This document shows, piece after piece, positions 17,246 to 26,080 of a stretch of 32,000 nt of DNA. Position numbers and translations under genes: made by a program. Source of the stretch: Acinetobacter wanghuae (lineage in GTDB: Bacteria > Pseudomonadota > Gammaproteobacteria > Pseudomonadales > Moraxellaceae); contig NZ_CP045650.1 of the NCBI RefSeq assembly GCF_009557235.1, forward strand, positions 2,670,001 to 2,702,000. Direction: 5' to 3'. Each line of letters begins with the position of its first letter. Position 1 is the first letter of the stretch. The notes beneath the pieces are model-generated. The model ran no database searches and was not told where the DNA came from. It saw nothing but the letters and a program-made list of their open reading frames with translations.

Positions 17246-18336
17246 GCCTGTTGGCTCCACACCTGCATATATTGACGGCTGACGGTTGCAATACTGAAAT
17301 TTTGCTCAACACGCTCACGCGTTGCCTGTTTTAAGGTTTGTTTTTCTGCCTCGGTTTTTTGTGCATATTCTAAAATGGCCTCTGCCAAGGCTTGCGCATT
17401 GCGTGGCGGAACAATACGGCCTAAATCCTGCACAATGTATTTGGCATCGCCAACATCGGTACTGATACAGGGTAAACCCGATGCCATGGCTTCCACCAAT
17501 ACATTCGGAAAACCTTCGGTGATTGAAGTCATTAAGAAGGCATCAATGGATTGATAAAAAGCAGGCATATCTGAGATTTGATCAAGCAAATGGACTTTTT
17601 GAGGATCTAACTGATACTGCTCAAATAAGGCTTTAACATCTGGGTTTTGTAAACTTGCGCCACCACCCGCAATTTTAAAGACGATGTTTTCATCTTTCAG
17701 CAAACCCATCGTTTCAAACAAATACGGATAGCCTTTGGCATGTCGATAATTACCAGCAAACCCAATCACGGTTGGTTTATTCACTTGTGGATTGGGTTGA
17801 AATTTATCGAGAAAGACACCATTGGCAATTACATATTGATGGGTATTTTGAAAGCCAAAATCAGTATGTTGCTGTTTAGAAGAATGTGCACAATAAATAA
17901 TAGCAGTCGGTTGTTTGGATAAAACCTTACTTAAACCGAGTGCAATTTTGGTACTGATCGATTCATCTTTTGGTGATGCAAGTGAGTGATGAATTCCCCA
18001 CACTACATTCGGTTTTTGGGCTAAACCGATGACACTGAGACTGGTCAATACATTGGCATGGTACATCCAACATTGCACAGTTTTCGGTTGTAATTGTTTG
18101 AGTAAACTACGCAATTTTTGAATCGTACTCAGCGTATTTAAACCATTCCACCCTAAGGCATAATGTGACTGACAACGATCAAGCGTACTTTGATATACCT
18201 CTGAGGTTTTCATCAAAGCAATAATGACATGCTGATATTGATTTTCAGTATATTGAATCAGGCGTGCCAACATCATCTCGGCACCGCCGACGCCTGCAAA
18301 GTTGGTGATGACATGTACCATTAACGGTTTATTCAC
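17242..18336 (-). CDS. GT4-family glycosyltransferase
   Basis: 364 aa. GVGGAEMML N-terminal motif and TEGFPNVLVEAMASGLPCISTDVG EX7E motif. The GTG start forms a GTGA overlap with the upstream gene. An alternative ATG lies at 18321. Confidence 0.85.
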   Translation of the reverse strand: MNKPLMVHVITNFAGVGGAEMMLARLIQYTENQYQHVIIALMKTSEVYQSTLDRCQSHYALGWNGLNTLSTIQKLRSLLKQLQPKTVQCWMYHANVLTSLSVIGLAQKPNVVWGIHHSLASPKDESISTKIALGLSKVLSKQPTAIIYCAHSSKQQHTDFGFQNTHQYVIANGVFLDKFQPNPQVNKPTVIGFAGNYRHAKGYPYLFETMGLLKDENIVFKIAGGGASLQNPDVKALFEQYQLDPQKVHLLDQISDMPAFYQSIDAFLMTSITEGFPNVLVEAMASGLPCISTDVGDAKYIVQDLGRIVPPRNAQALAEAILEYAQKTEAEKQTLKQATRERVEQNFSIATVSRQYMQVWSQQA

Positions 18337-19451
18337 GCCTTTGACTCCAACAAATCTCGGTACTGACGCACCACGGTATCTTTATGGAATTGCAAACAAT
18401 GCGCTTTAAAGCTTTCCGCATCAAACTCGACATAATCATGATACAGCGCCTTATGCATAGCATGACTTAAGGCTTTTTGATCATCACATGGTACCAAAAG
18501 CCCAAACTGACCCTCTGCCAAAATTTCACGCGGACCACTTGGGCAATCGGTACTGACTACTTTGACTTTGGATGCCAATGCTTGAATCAGCACCCCCGGC
18601 AAACCTTCCCAATTCGAACTTAAAACAAACAGCGAAGCATATTTAAAATAGGCATATGGATTTGGATCAAAGCCCGGTAAATCCACCACGTCGGTTAAAT
18701 TCAAATCTTTAATTAAGGCTTCAAATTCAGCACGTAACTCACCTTCACCCAAAATAATCAGACGGGTTTCAGGATGCATCTGATGCAATTCATAGAAAGC
18801 ACGAATCAATAATCCAAAATTCTTGGCTTCGGTTAAACGCCCTACTGCCAACACCACTTGATGATCTTGACTAAAGAATCGATGCTGTACCTGTGCTTTG
18901 AGTTTTTGCAAATAACGGCTGTCAATCACAGGGTTATAAATGGTGCTCAGGTTATCTTCAGCGTAATGGTAGTACTGTCTAAAATCTTCTAATACACCAT
19001 TGGATACACACACTACTTGATCGGCACTGCGATAAGTCCAATTCACCAAACGGTTAAAGACAAACTTTTTCAGTCCCCTCAGTTTCATATTTTTCGAGGG
19101 CGTCGATACTTCACGCAAAATCAGTTTGCTGTGACTTTTTGCCAAACGTTTTGAAATGGCACAGACGATATTGCTGTGACTTTGCGTGGCAATCACTGCC
19201 TCATAAGGCACGGCTTTAAGCAGTTGTTTTAATGGCGTGATCGCTCGAAATACACGACCGCAATTGAGGTCAATCAGCTGAATTTTAGAGTCGACTTCAG
19301 GCAATAATTTGGCTTTTTCTCCGCTTAAATCACAGACCACCACATCGACATCACGGCCTTGCTGTACCAAGTTATTTGCCAATTGGATCACGGTACGCTC
19401 CGCACCGCCACCGCCTAAAGTTGGCAAGAAAAACATGACTTTATTCAGCAT
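18333..19451 (-). CDS. GT4-family glycosyltransferase
   Basis: 372 aa with LGGGGAERTVIQLAN and WEGLPGVLIQALASKVKVVSTD motifs. Confidence 0.85.
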   Translation of the reverse strand: MLNKVMFFLPTLGGGGAERTVIQLANNLVQQGRDVDVVVCDLSGEKAKLLPEVDSKIQLIDLNCGRVFRAITPLKQLLKAVPYEAVIATQSHSNIVCAISKRLAKSHSKLILREVSTPSKNMKLRGLKKFVFNRLVNWTYRSADQVVCVSNGVLEDFRQYYHYAEDNLSTIYNPVIDSRYLQKLKAQVQHRFFSQDHQVVLAVGRLTEAKNFGLLIRAFYELHQMHPETRLIILGEGELRAEFEALIKDLNLTDVVDLPGFDPNPYAYFKYASLFVLSSNWEGLPGVLIQALASKVKVVSTDCPSGPREILAEGQFGLLVPCDDQKALSHAMHKALYHDYVEFDAESFKAHCLQFHKDTVVRQYRDLLESKA

Positions 19452-19480
19452 AGAATAACCTAAAATGTGGGGAGAATGAG

Positions 19481-20032
19481 TTAAGAGGATTTTTGCTGTT
19501 GCACTTGCATGGCACGTTCAACACGCTGTTGATAATCGGTGATCCCGACCAAGTCACTATCACTGGCACAAGTGTTTTGAATTTTGGCTTGATAATCGGC
19601 AAAGTTTGAGACTACTTTGGCAGGCACACCAATTGCTACGGCGTTATCGGGAATATCTTTAGTCACCACCGAACCTGCACCAATCACCACATTGGAGCCG
19701 ATGCTTACACCCGGCATAATAATGCTATTTACACCAATAAAGACATGTGAGCCGACCTGAATCGAGGCAAAGCGTTGATAACGTTTTCCTTGCGCATCTT
19801 TGACCAAACAGGTACTACCATCGTGGGTAATAAACTTCACGCCCGAAGTGACCGTAACATGATCACCAATAGAGACTAAAAACGGTTCTGAGCCCCAATT
19901 TTTAATATAAATTCGGCAGTTTTCACCCACTTTCACCCCCTTTTTACGTGCATATGCCACACTGCCTTTAGCCATAAAATAAGCCAAATCAAACAGCTGT
20001 CGAAAAGCAGAAACAATAAATGCCATATGCAT
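19481..20032 (-). CDS. Hexapeptide-repeat (LbH) acyl/acetyltransferase
   Basis: 183 aa. Repeats VGSHVFIGVNSIIMPGVSIGSNVVIGAGSVV then P..AVAIGVPAKV. The start may be the ATG at 20026, which has better AGG spacing. Confidence 0.8.
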   Translation of the reverse strand: MHMAFIVSAFRQLFDLAYFMAKGSVAYARKKGVKVGENCRIYIKNWGSEPFLVSIGDHVTVTSGVKFITHDGSTCLVKDAQGKRYQRFASIQVGSHVFIGVNSIIMPGVSIGSNVVIGAGSVVTKDIPDNAVAIGVPAKVVSNFADYQAKIQNTCASDSDLVGITDYQQRVERAMQVQQQKSS

Positions 20033-20129
20033 GACCTATGTCAGGTGTCAAAAGAGGGAAAATCACTGAATATTTTACGCTGAAAATGCACTTTAGGATA
20101 TCAATGCCAAAGTCAGCATGATGACCTGA

Positions 20130-20741
20130 TTATAGGTCTTTGATTTTCTTAACAGGACTACCGACATATACACCTGCATCATCAAGCGGTTTAGACACTA
20201 AACTACAAGCGCCAATGACGCTGTTGCTTGGAATGGTGACACCATCTAAAACTGTCACACGTGCACCCAGCCAAATATTTTCACCGAGGTTAACCCCTAG
20301 TTTGGTAATCGCATCTTTGACCAAAACATCAGGCTCACCAAACTTATGATTACTCGCAATAATCATACTTTGCGTACCAATACGGGTGTTGTCACCAATC
20401 GTCACACCACCACAGCCATTGATATACGATTTGGAATTAATACTGACATCTTTACCAATCACCACCTTGCCACCAAAGCATTTGATATAACAGTTTTCAC
20501 CAATAAAACTGTTGTCAGCAATTTCTAGCACTGCGCCATTTTCAACGATCAGACTCACATAATCACCAATATAGACATTGCTACCGATCTTCACTTTTCC
20601 ACTGATATCCACGGTACAGCCTTTGCCGAAATAGCGAAACTTAGTGCCAAAAGTCACATTATAAAATTGCTGACGACATTGTGCAGTGAACCAATTCATC
20701 AGTTTTAATAGTTTAAAAAACATCAGTTTTTGTTTCTCCAC
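20130..20741 (-). CDS. Hexapeptide-repeat (LbH) acyl/acetyltransferase
   Basis: 203 aa with long LbH repeats (IGSNVYIGDYVSL, IGENCYI, IGKDVSI, IGDNTRIG, LGARVTVLDGVTIPSNSVIGACSLV). The track start is the GTG at 20741 (19-nt overlap with wzx). The ATG at 20723 gives a TGATG 1-nt overlap and is equally plausible. Confidence 0.8.
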   Translation of the reverse strand: MEKQKLMFFKLLKLMNWFTAQCRQQFYNVTFGTKFRYFGKGCTVDISGKVKIGSNVYIGDYVSLIVENGAVLEIADNSFIGENCYIKCFGGKVVIGKDVSINSKSYINGCGGVTIGDNTRIGTQSMIIASNHKFGEPDVLVKDAITKLGVNLGENIWLGARVTVLDGVTIPSNSVIGACSLVSKPLDDAGVYVGSPVKKIKDL

Positions 20742-21895
20742 ACCACATATAAAATGGCAAAGTTATAGATAATCAATGCGATAGGCACCGCCAAGAGCAT
20801 ATAAATTTTATCGTCAAATAAAATATATAAACCTGCAAATAATGCAAACTTAATGATCAGTTCAACGATTTGCAGTTTAAACAACACTTGGCTGTTGCGC
20901 TTAGCAATTAAAAAAGCCGAGCTAGGTGGATTAAAGAAAATTGCCCAATAGCCCAAAGCCAAAATTTGGAAATAGCTTGAGATCCCGACCCATTCATGAC
21001 CAAAAATCCATAAATACAGGGATTCAGGCAAGATAAAGAAAATGGCAAATAAAGGCAGTGAAACGAGACTGAGTAATACACTCGCCTTCAAGGCACTTTG
21101 ATTGGATTCTGTGGTTTTAAATTTGCGGATAAAGAACTGACGTAAGGTTTGCGAAATCAGATTAATCGGCACACGCAAAGTCCGCTCGACAATGGCGTAG
21201 AAACCCATCGCCTGCACGCCGACAAAATGCGACACCACATAGTACGGCAAGTTATGCGAAAAACTATTCAGCAAGGCATGGGGTGTATTGGCATAAATGA
21301 AATCTTTGTAGTTTTTAAATGCCTGCCAACTGACTTGATAGAGTTGATGCTTTAGCAAATAGACTAACACCGCGACAATCATGATGATCGAGCTGATGTT
21401 ATAACTGTTTACTAAACTAATTTGCATCACAAGCGGTAAAGACAGTTGTACTGCCACCACAATTAAACTTCTAAAAATATTTAAACCTGCACAAAAATAT
21501 TCTTTGTGTGCGGAGAATTGATAATTATATAGGCTTTGAATCAGGGTATTAGCCAATACACCTGTGGCAACTGCCCCTGCCATTTCAACGTTCAAAATAA
21601 CGCTGATGACAATGCCACTGATGATTGCAATGACCGTTGAGAACACCGCCCCTTCAAAGATCAGGCTTTTTTTATCCTGCTCCTCGGCGACCAATAAAGC
21701 TTGATCCAGACGTAAGTTCGCAACCGTCGATAAAACACTGACAATGGCTAAGGCAATCCCATACGCACCAAAGTCGGCTACAGAATACAGGCGCGTTAAA
21801 ACAGGAAGTGCGATAAATGTCATTATCGCACCTGCCAGTAAACTTAAGGTAATCAGTCCAATCGACTGATATTTTGCGAACAGTTTCGCAATCAT
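20723..21895 (-). CDS. wzx: Polysaccharide flippase (MOP/PST family)
   Basis: 390 aa polytopic membrane protein with a PST-like N-terminus (LTRLYSVADFGAYGIALAIVSVL). It sits right after gna-gne2, as in many K loci. Confidence 0.8.
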   Translation of the reverse strand: MIAKLFAKYQSIGLITLSLLAGAIMTFIALPVLTRLYSVADFGAYGIALAIVSVLSTVANLRLDQALLVAEEQDKKSLIFEGAVFSTVIAIISGIVISVILNVEMAGAVATGVLANTLIQSLYNYQFSAHKEYFCAGLNIFRSLIVVAVQLSLPLVMQISLVNSYNISSIIMIVAVLVYLLKHQLYQVSWQAFKNYKDFIYANTPHALLNSFSHNLPYYVVSHFVGVQAMGFYAIVERTLRVPINLISQTLRQFFIRKFKTTESNQSALKASVLLSLVSLPLFAIFFILPESLYLWIFGHEWVGISSYFQILALGYWAIFFNPPSSAFLIAKRNSQVLFKLQIVELIIKFALFAGLYILFDDKIYMLLAVPIALIIYNFAILYVVWRNKN

Positions 21896-21905
21896 CTATT
21901 CAAAA

Positions 21906-22928
21906 TCATTTTAAGTTATTCACGTACCAACGCATGGCGAGTTGAATACCTTCGGCAATTTTAAACTCAGGCGCATAACCTAAATGCGCTTGAATTTTGG
22001 CAATACTCGCTTGTGAATGACGGACATCACCAGCACGGAAATCACGGTACACCGGATCACGTTCAAACTGCACATCATTTTCCGCAAGTGCCACTTGAAT
22101 AGCACGATATAAGTCATTCAACGTGGTACGGTCACCGACAGCCACATTATAGACCTGATTCTTCGCTTCATCCGATGCAGTCGCCGCCAAAATATTGGCT
22201 TGCACAGTATTGTTGATAAAGCAGAAATCACGGCTGGTTTCACCATCACCATTGATGAAAACATCTTCACCAGCAATCATCGATGCTGTCCATTTTGGAA
22301 TCACTGCCGCATAAGCACCGTTTGGATCTTGGCGTTGACCAAACACGTTGAAGTAACGCAGACCAATGGCTTTAAAACCGTACGCACGTGCAAATACATC
22401 GGCATACAGTTCATTCACGTATTTCGTTACCGCATACGGTGACAATGGATTACCAATGTTTTCTTCGACTTTTGGTAGTGCAGGATGATCACCATAGGTC
22501 GAGCTACTTGCCGCATAGGTAAAGCTTGCGACACCGGCATCACGTGCCGCAGTCAACATATTTAAGAAACCACTAATATTGGTTGCATTGGTGGTGATCG
22601 GATCGGCGATTGAACGTGGTACAGAACCTAATGCCGCTTCATGTAAGACATAGTCCACACCTTCACAGGCTTTTTGGCAATCTGCAAACTGGCGGATATC
22701 ACCTTCAATGAAGCTGAATTTTGTCCATTGCTCAGCAGATACTAAACTTTGAACTTCATCCAAATTATGCTGATGACCTGTAGCAAAGTTATCTAAACCC
22801 ACCACCGTTTGATCAAGCTTCAGCAAAGTTTCTAAAAGGTTTGAGCCGATAAAGCCTGCAACTCCTGTCACAAGCCATGTTTTTGGCTGGGCTTTCAGTT
22901 GCTCACATACCTGTTGATATTGATTCAT
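21906..22928 (-). CDS. gne2: NAD-dependent UDP-GlcNAc(A) C4-epimerase (WbpP/TviC family)
   Basis: 340 aa SDR with [12 protein letters not shown] and [11 protein letters not shown] (YxxxK). Paired with gna, as WbpO/WbpP and TviB/TviC are. Confidence 0.8.
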   Translation of the reverse strand: MNQYQQVCEQLKAQPKTWLVTGVAGFIGSNLLETLLKLDQTVVGLDNFATGHQHNLDEVQSLVSAEQWTKFSFIEGDIRQFADCQKACEGVDYVLHEAALGSVPRSIADPITTNATNISGFLNMLTAARDAGVASFTYAASSSTYGDHPALPKVEENIGNPLSPYAVTKYVNELYADVFARAYGFKAIGLRYFNVFGQRQDPNGAYAAVIPKWTASMIAGEDVFINGDGETSRDFCFINNTVQANILAATASDEAKNQVYNVAVGDRTTLNDLYRAIQVALAENDVQFERDPVYRDFRAGDVRHSQASIAKIQAHLGYAPEFKIAEGIQLAMRWYVNNLK

Positions 22929-22942
22929 GAAACAATGTCCTT

Positions 22943-24220
22943 TTACAAACGCAAATCAGATTCGGCTTGAGATAACACATATTTCAAGTCATACAATACA
23001 TGCTCAGCTTTGCCTAAAGCACGGATAGCTTGCGCACCCATCGCTTTAAACTGATCATGCGCCACGGCTAAAATCACGGCATCATATTTGCCATTTTCTA
23101 AAGTCGAAATTGGCTGAATGCCATATTCATGCTCAGCCTCTTGAGCATCAATCCATGGATCATAGACATCGGCATCAATATGATATTCTTTGAGTTCATT
23201 CACGATATCAATGATGCGGGTATTACGAATATCAGGGCAGTTTTCTTTAAAACTTAAACCTAAAATCAAGACTTTGGCATCTTCAACTTGAATGCGTTTT
23301 TTCAGCATCGCTTTCACAAGCTGAGTTACCACATACGCACCCATGCCATCATTTAAACGACGACCTGCCAAAATAATTTCAGGGTGATAACCAATCGCTT
23401 GTGCTTTATGGGTTAAATAGTACGGATCCACACCGATACAGTGACCACCTACTAAACCTGGACGGAACGGTAAGAAGTTCCATTTGGTGCCTGCTGCTTG
23501 CAGCACCGCTTCGGTATCAATGCCCATTTTATTAAAGATCACGGCAAGCTCATTAATGAGTGCAATATTCACATCACGTTGCGTATTTTCAATGACTTTC
23601 GCAGCTTCAGCGACTTTAATACTTGTTGCTTTATGTGTACCGGCTTCAATGATCAGGTTATAGACTTCATCGACAAAGTCAGCGACTTCTGGCGTTGAAC
23701 CTGCGGTAATTTTTAGAATATTGGTGACACGGTGCAGTTTATCGCCTGGATTAATCCGCTCAGGACTATAGCCAGCAAAAAAATCTTGGTTAAATTTCAA
23801 GCCTGATACTTTTTCTAGCTCAGGGATACAGACTTCTTCCGTTGCGCCTGGATAAACCGTTGATTCATACACCACCACATCGCCTTTTTTTAGCACTTTA
23901 CCAATGGTTTGTGATGCTTTCACAAGTGGCGTTAAATCAGGCTGTTTATATTCATCAATCGGTGTTGGAACTGTAACAATAAAGAAATTACAGTCAGAGA
24001 GGTCTTCAAGCTGAGAGCTATAAGTTAAATGTGTAGATTGTTGTAATTCTTCAGGAGATACTTCTAAAGTATGGTCTTCGCCACTGCGCAATTCATCAAT
24101 ACGTTTTTGATGGATATCAAAACCCACGACAGGAACTTTCTTGCCAAACTCTACCGCCAGTGGTAACCCGACATAACCTAATCCGATAATCGCAATTTTA
24201 AGTTCAGAGATGGACAGCAT
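22943..24220 (-). CDS. gna: UDP-N-acetyl-D-glucosamine 6-dehydrogenase (WbpO/TviB family)
   Basis: 425 aa with [17 protein letters not shown] and catalytic-Cys motif [12 protein letters not shown]. It is the first gene divergent from wza, as in Acinetobacter K loci. Confidence 0.88.
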   Translation of the reverse strand: MLSISELKIAIIGLGYVGLPLAVEFGKKVPVVGFDIHQKRIDELRSGEDHTLEVSPEELQQSTHLTYSSQLEDLSDCNFFIVTVPTPIDEYKQPDLTPLVKASQTIGKVLKKGDVVVYESTVYPGATEEVCIPELEKVSGLKFNQDFFAGYSPERINPGDKLHRVTNILKITAGSTPEVADFVDEVYNLIIEAGTHKATSIKVAEAAKVIENTQRDVNIALINELAVIFNKMGIDTEAVLQAAGTKWNFLPFRPGLVGGHCIGVDPYYLTHKAQAIGYHPEIILAGRRLNDGMGAYVVTQLVKAMLKKRIQVEDAKVLILGLSFKENCPDIRNTRIIDIVNELKEYHIDADVYDPWIDAQEAEHEYGIQPISTLENGKYDAVILAVAHDQFKAMGAQAIRALGKAEHVLYDLKYVLSQAESDLRL

Positions 24221-24544
24221 GTGATAGCCTTACATGTTTTAATGAGAGAAAATCCCATACAGGATTCTGTCAATAATTATAACAGAATTTAAAACTGATG
24301 AGATTTACCAAGCTTAATTTGTGCTTAACCGTAAACCCTCAAAATTATAAAAAATTATTTTGAAATTTAATCCTTTACTAGTATCCTTAAATAAAACAAG
24401 AAAACTTAATACTTTTTAATTAACTAGAACACATCAGAGATTACCTAGGCGTACAGTCTAAGTTAGTATAAAATCAAAACATATTAGTTGGTTGATCTTT
24501 TTATAAAACAATCAAACCATTATTTTTATAAAATAGGATTTCGA
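24221..24544. promoter_or_regulatory. Divergent control region between gna and wza
   Basis: 324-nt AT-rich non-coding gap between the two divergent operons. It must hold promoters for both. I could not assign individual -35/-10 hexamers with confidence. Confidence 0.5.
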
Positions 24545-25645
24545 GTGAGTTACTATCGTTATAGCTTTCTATTAGCACTCAGTTTAGGAATGACCGGTTG
24601 TGCGATAACATCTGGCATGCAAACTTATGACTTACCTGCGGAAGGCATATATCAAACAGATGCAGGAACACAGGTTAATGTCATTAAGTTAACTCAAGAA
24701 AATTTATTTGCAGTTCAACCTGCTCAAAACAATCCTCAACAAATTGCTCATTTATTCCAAAAAAAGCATCAAAACTATACTTTGAGCTCTGGCGATATTT
24801 TATCGATTTATTTATGGGCTTATCCAGAAATCACACCACCAACCAATACTATTTCAAGTGATCAAAGCATCAATTCAAACGGTTTTCAAATCGACTCTAA
24901 TGGGTTCATTCAGTTTCCTATCATTGGACGCTACAAAGCAGCAGGCAAGTCGCTTCATCAGGTGACCACTGAATTGCGTAGCCAATTAGCCCGTTATTTG
25001 AAAACACCTGATGTCATTGTGCGTGTTCTTTCATATCAAGGACAGCGTTTCTCTGTCCAAGGTAATGTAATGAAAGGTGGACAATTTTACTTAAGTGATC
25101 AACCAATTAGTGTTTATACCGCACTGGGCATGGCTGGTGGTGTCAACAGCCAATATGGTGACAATGCGTCTTTAACTTTAGTTCGCCAAGGACAAAGCTA
25201 TATACTCAATAGTGTTGAACTCGAAAAAAATGGCTATTCGCTCCACAACCTTCTCATTCAACCCAAAGATACGCTATACGTAAATTCTCGCGAAAATCAA
25301 AAAATATACATCATGGGCGAGTCTGGTAAGAATCAGTCTTTAGCCATGCGCGAACAAGGCATGAGCTTGAGCGATGCTTTAGGTGAGAGCTTAGGTCTCA
25401 ACCCTCTCTCCGCAAGTCGTAGTAAAATTTATGTCGTCAGAAGTAATCCAATTCATAATATGACTGAAGTGTATAATGTTGACCTTAGCAGTATTGGTGA
25501 TTTTGGTTTAGCGAATCAATTTAAGATGCAGCCTAATGATATCGTTTATGTTGATGCATCTGGTTTAGCTCGCTGGCAACGTGTGATCAATCAAGTTATT
25601 CCGTTCTCTAACATTATTTATAACTTTGATCGTTTGGGGCAATAA
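24545..25645 (+). CDS. wza: Outer-membrane polysaccharide export lipoprotein
   Basis: The track ORF starts at the TTG at 24488. The GTG at 24545 is preferred: AGGA lies 6 nt upstream, and it gives signal peptide SYYRYSFLLALSLGMTGC with a lipobox-like MTGC. Poly_export-type N-terminal region (GDILSIYLW). Followed by wzb and wzc. Confidence 0.85.
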   Translation: MSYYRYSFLLALSLGMTGCAITSGMQTYDLPAEGIYQTDAGTQVNVIKLTQENLFAVQPAQNNPQQIAHLFQKKHQNYTLSSGDILSIYLWAYPEITPPTNTISSDQSINSNGFQIDSNGFIQFPIIGRYKAAGKSLHQVTTELRSQLARYLKTPDVIVRVLSYQGQRFSVQGNVMKGGQFYLSDQPISVYTALGMAGGVNSQYGDNASLTLVRQGQSYILNSVELEKNGYSLHNLLIQPKDTLYVNSRENQKIYIMGESGKNQSLAMREQGMSLSDALGESLGLNPLSASRSKIYVVRSNPIHNMTEVYNVDLSSIGDFGLANQFKMQPNDIVYVDASGLARWQRVINQVIPFSNIIYNFDRLGQ

Positions 25646-26073
25646 TGCAATTTCAAAATATCCTTGTGGTCTGTATCGGTAATATTTGCCGAAGTCCAAT
25701 GGCTGAATATTTTTTAAAACATGCTTGTCCTAGCTTAAATATTCAATCAGCAGGTATTGCGGCGATGGTCGATCATCCTGCAGATGATAAGGCCAAAGCC
25801 TGTATGCAACTCCATGGCATTAACATGGATGCTCATATTGCACAAAAGTTAAACGCTCATTTAGTTAAGAAAGCTGATCTGATTTTAGTGATGAGTAAAA
25901 ATCAGCAACAGCATGTAGAACAAACTTGGCCTTTTGCGAAGGGTAAAGTATTTCGATTGGGGCATTGGCAAGATAAAAATATTGCAGATCCATATCAGCA
26001 TGATCAGCAGTTTTTCGACGAGACCTGCCAACTAATTCAACAGTGCGTAAGCGACTGGAAAAAACATTTTTAA
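25645..26073 (+). CDS. wzb: Low-molecular-weight protein-tyrosine phosphatase
   Basis: 142 aa with CIGNICRSP (CX5R P-loop) and a DP motif (IADPY). TAATG overlap with wza. Confidence 0.92.
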   Translation: MQFQNILVVCIGNICRSPMAEYFLKHACPSLNIQSAGIAAMVDHPADDKAKACMQLHGINMDAHIAQKLNAHLVKKADLILVMSKNQQQHVEQTWPFAKGKVFRLGHWQDKNIADPYQHDQQFFDETCQLIQQCVSDWKKHF

Positions 26074-26080
26074 TTTTTGA

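Noticed and set aside
24221-24544. A JUMPStart/ops (GGCGGTAG) antitermination element in the gna/wza divergent leader region.
   Set aside because: Reading both strands, I did not find GGCGGTAG or its complement CTACCGCC. The closest stretch (cctaggcgtacag) does not match.
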